A stretch of 32,000 bases of DNA from Candidatus Saccharimonadota bacterium (lineage in GTDB: Archaea; Nanohalarchaeota; Nanosalinia; Nanosalinales; Nanosalinaceae), in assembly GCF_029232205.1 (NCBI RefSeq), contig NZ_CP107255.1:1-32000 (forward strand), read 5' to 3'. Made by a program: the position numbers and the translations under genes. The notes beneath the pieces were generated by a model. It saw only the letters and a program-made list of their open reading frames with translations. It ran no database searches and had not been told where the DNA came from. Positions 31,278 to 32,000 of this stretch are shown piece by piece (the stretch's first letter is position 1; every line of letters begins with the position of its first letter).

Positions 31278-32000
31278 TTATTCCTCTTCCTCGTCGGTGT
31301 CTACTTCTTCGTAGTCTGCGTCGACTACGTCGTCTCCTCCTGCTCCAGATTCTCCGCCCATTCCTCCCATGTTCTGGGCTGCCTGTTTGAGGTCTTCTTC
31401 GCTCATGTTGGAAGGGTCGAAACCTGCACCTCCCATTCCACCAGGACCTCCTTGCTGGCCGTCGTACATTTCTTTGCCGATTTCTTGGAGGGATTCTTCG
31501 AGGCCTTCGATTGCGTCTTCGATTGTTTCTTTCGCCTCTTCGAGGTCTTCAATCTCCTCTGCTTCCTCTCGTGCTTCCTGTACTTCTTCGATTGCGTCTT
31601 CAATTTTCTCGGTTATTTCTTCGTCTACTTCGTCTTCGAAGTTGTCGAGCTGGGTTTCTGCCTGACTGATCATCTGGTCGGCCTTGTTCTTGGCCTCGAT
31701 GAACTCGCGTTTCTTCCGGTCTTCTTCCTCGTGTTTCTCTGCTTCTTCCTTCATTTCCTCGATTTCATCTTCGTCAAGTCGGGAAGTATCATCGATACTG
31801 ATTGAGGCCTCTTCTCCGCTCTGCTGTTCTTCTGCAGATACTTGTAGGATGCCGTCTGCGTCGATTTCGAATGTTACGTCGATTTGTGGCTGGCCTGCTG
31901 GTGCTGGTGGGAGTCCTTCGAGGTTGAACTGGCCTAGTGATTTGTTGTCGGAGGCCATTTCTCTTTCTCCCTGTACTACGTTGATGGTTACTGCTGTCTG
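31278..32000 (-). CDS. dnaK: Molecular chaperone DnaK (Hsp70), C-terminal part only; the gene continues beyond the window edge
   Basis: The frame is open to the window end (..[51 protein letters not shown]..). The lid domain and GGMGG-rich tail end in [18 protein letters not shown]. Confidence 0.95.
   Translation of the reverse strand, partial: QTAVTINVVQGEREMASDNKSLGQFNLEGLPPAPAGQPQIDVTFEIDADGILQVSAEEQQSGEEASISIDDTSRLDEDEIEEMKEEAEKHEEEDRKKREFIEAKNKADQMISQAETQLDNFEDEVDEEITEKIEDAIEEVQEAREEAEEIEDLEEAKETIEDAIEGLEESLQEIGKEMYDGQQGGPGGMGGAGFDPSNMSEEDLKQAAQNMGGMGGESGAGGDDVVDADYEEVDTDEEEE

Noticed and set aside
31278-31330. EEVD-like motif ([12 protein letters not shown]) at the DnaK C-terminus as a eukaryote-like TPR co-chaperone docking site
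   Set aside because: The segment [12 protein letters not shown] corresponds to the ordinary prokaryotic DnaK tail (for example E. coli DDVVDAEFEEV). It is not a terminal EEVD.
1-32000. CRISPR arrays, transposases/IS elements, integrases, rRNA genes
   Set aside because: No regularly spaced direct repeats were seen, and no ORF has transposase, integrase or Cas motifs. No rRNA-like sequence is present in the window.

Overview
Archaeal chromosomal window. The markers are Orc1/Cdc6, both PolD subunits, archaeal DnaG, RadA, RPA and a single-domain histone. Proteins are strongly acidic, GC is roughly mid-40s % by eye, and genes are tightly packed and often overlap. I infer a small-genome halophilic archaeon, possibly nanohaloarchaeon/DPANN-like; this cannot be proven from the window. 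Layout: (i) a putative replication origin at 1-468 with inverted ORB-like boxes around an AT-rich core, followed by orc1/cdc6, polD1, polD2, two tandem CBS paralogs, an operon of three uncharacterised paralogs, and DUF167-dnaG. (ii) An Lrp regulator, a 36-aa zinc-finger-like micro-ORF, and an AT-rich islet with one basic protein next to an intron-containing tRNA-Thr(CGU). (iii) Housekeeping and envelope genes: SGNH-like hydrolase, M29-like aminopeptidase, FxsA, ThpR and a PRC-barrel protein. (iv) rpa-radA plus two unknown acidic proteins, then a histone and a wHTH gene with a shared promoter motif. (v) CYTH, signal peptidase I, a secreted Tyr/Lys/Glu/Ser-rich protein, glyoxalase I, a divergent NikR/ZIP pair, AIM24, dnaJ and a truncated dnaK. 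No CRISPR array, transposase, integrase or rRNA was seen. The most unusual signal is window-wide: the palindromic hexamer AGGCCT occurs about 80-90 times by manual scan, against an expectation of roughly 5-10. It appears in all codon phases, on both strands and in spacers, resembling the cyanobacterial HIP1 phenomenon. Other leads are the three-paralog operon with YTPP tails, several structured or repeat-bearing spacers, and palindromic operator-like sites.
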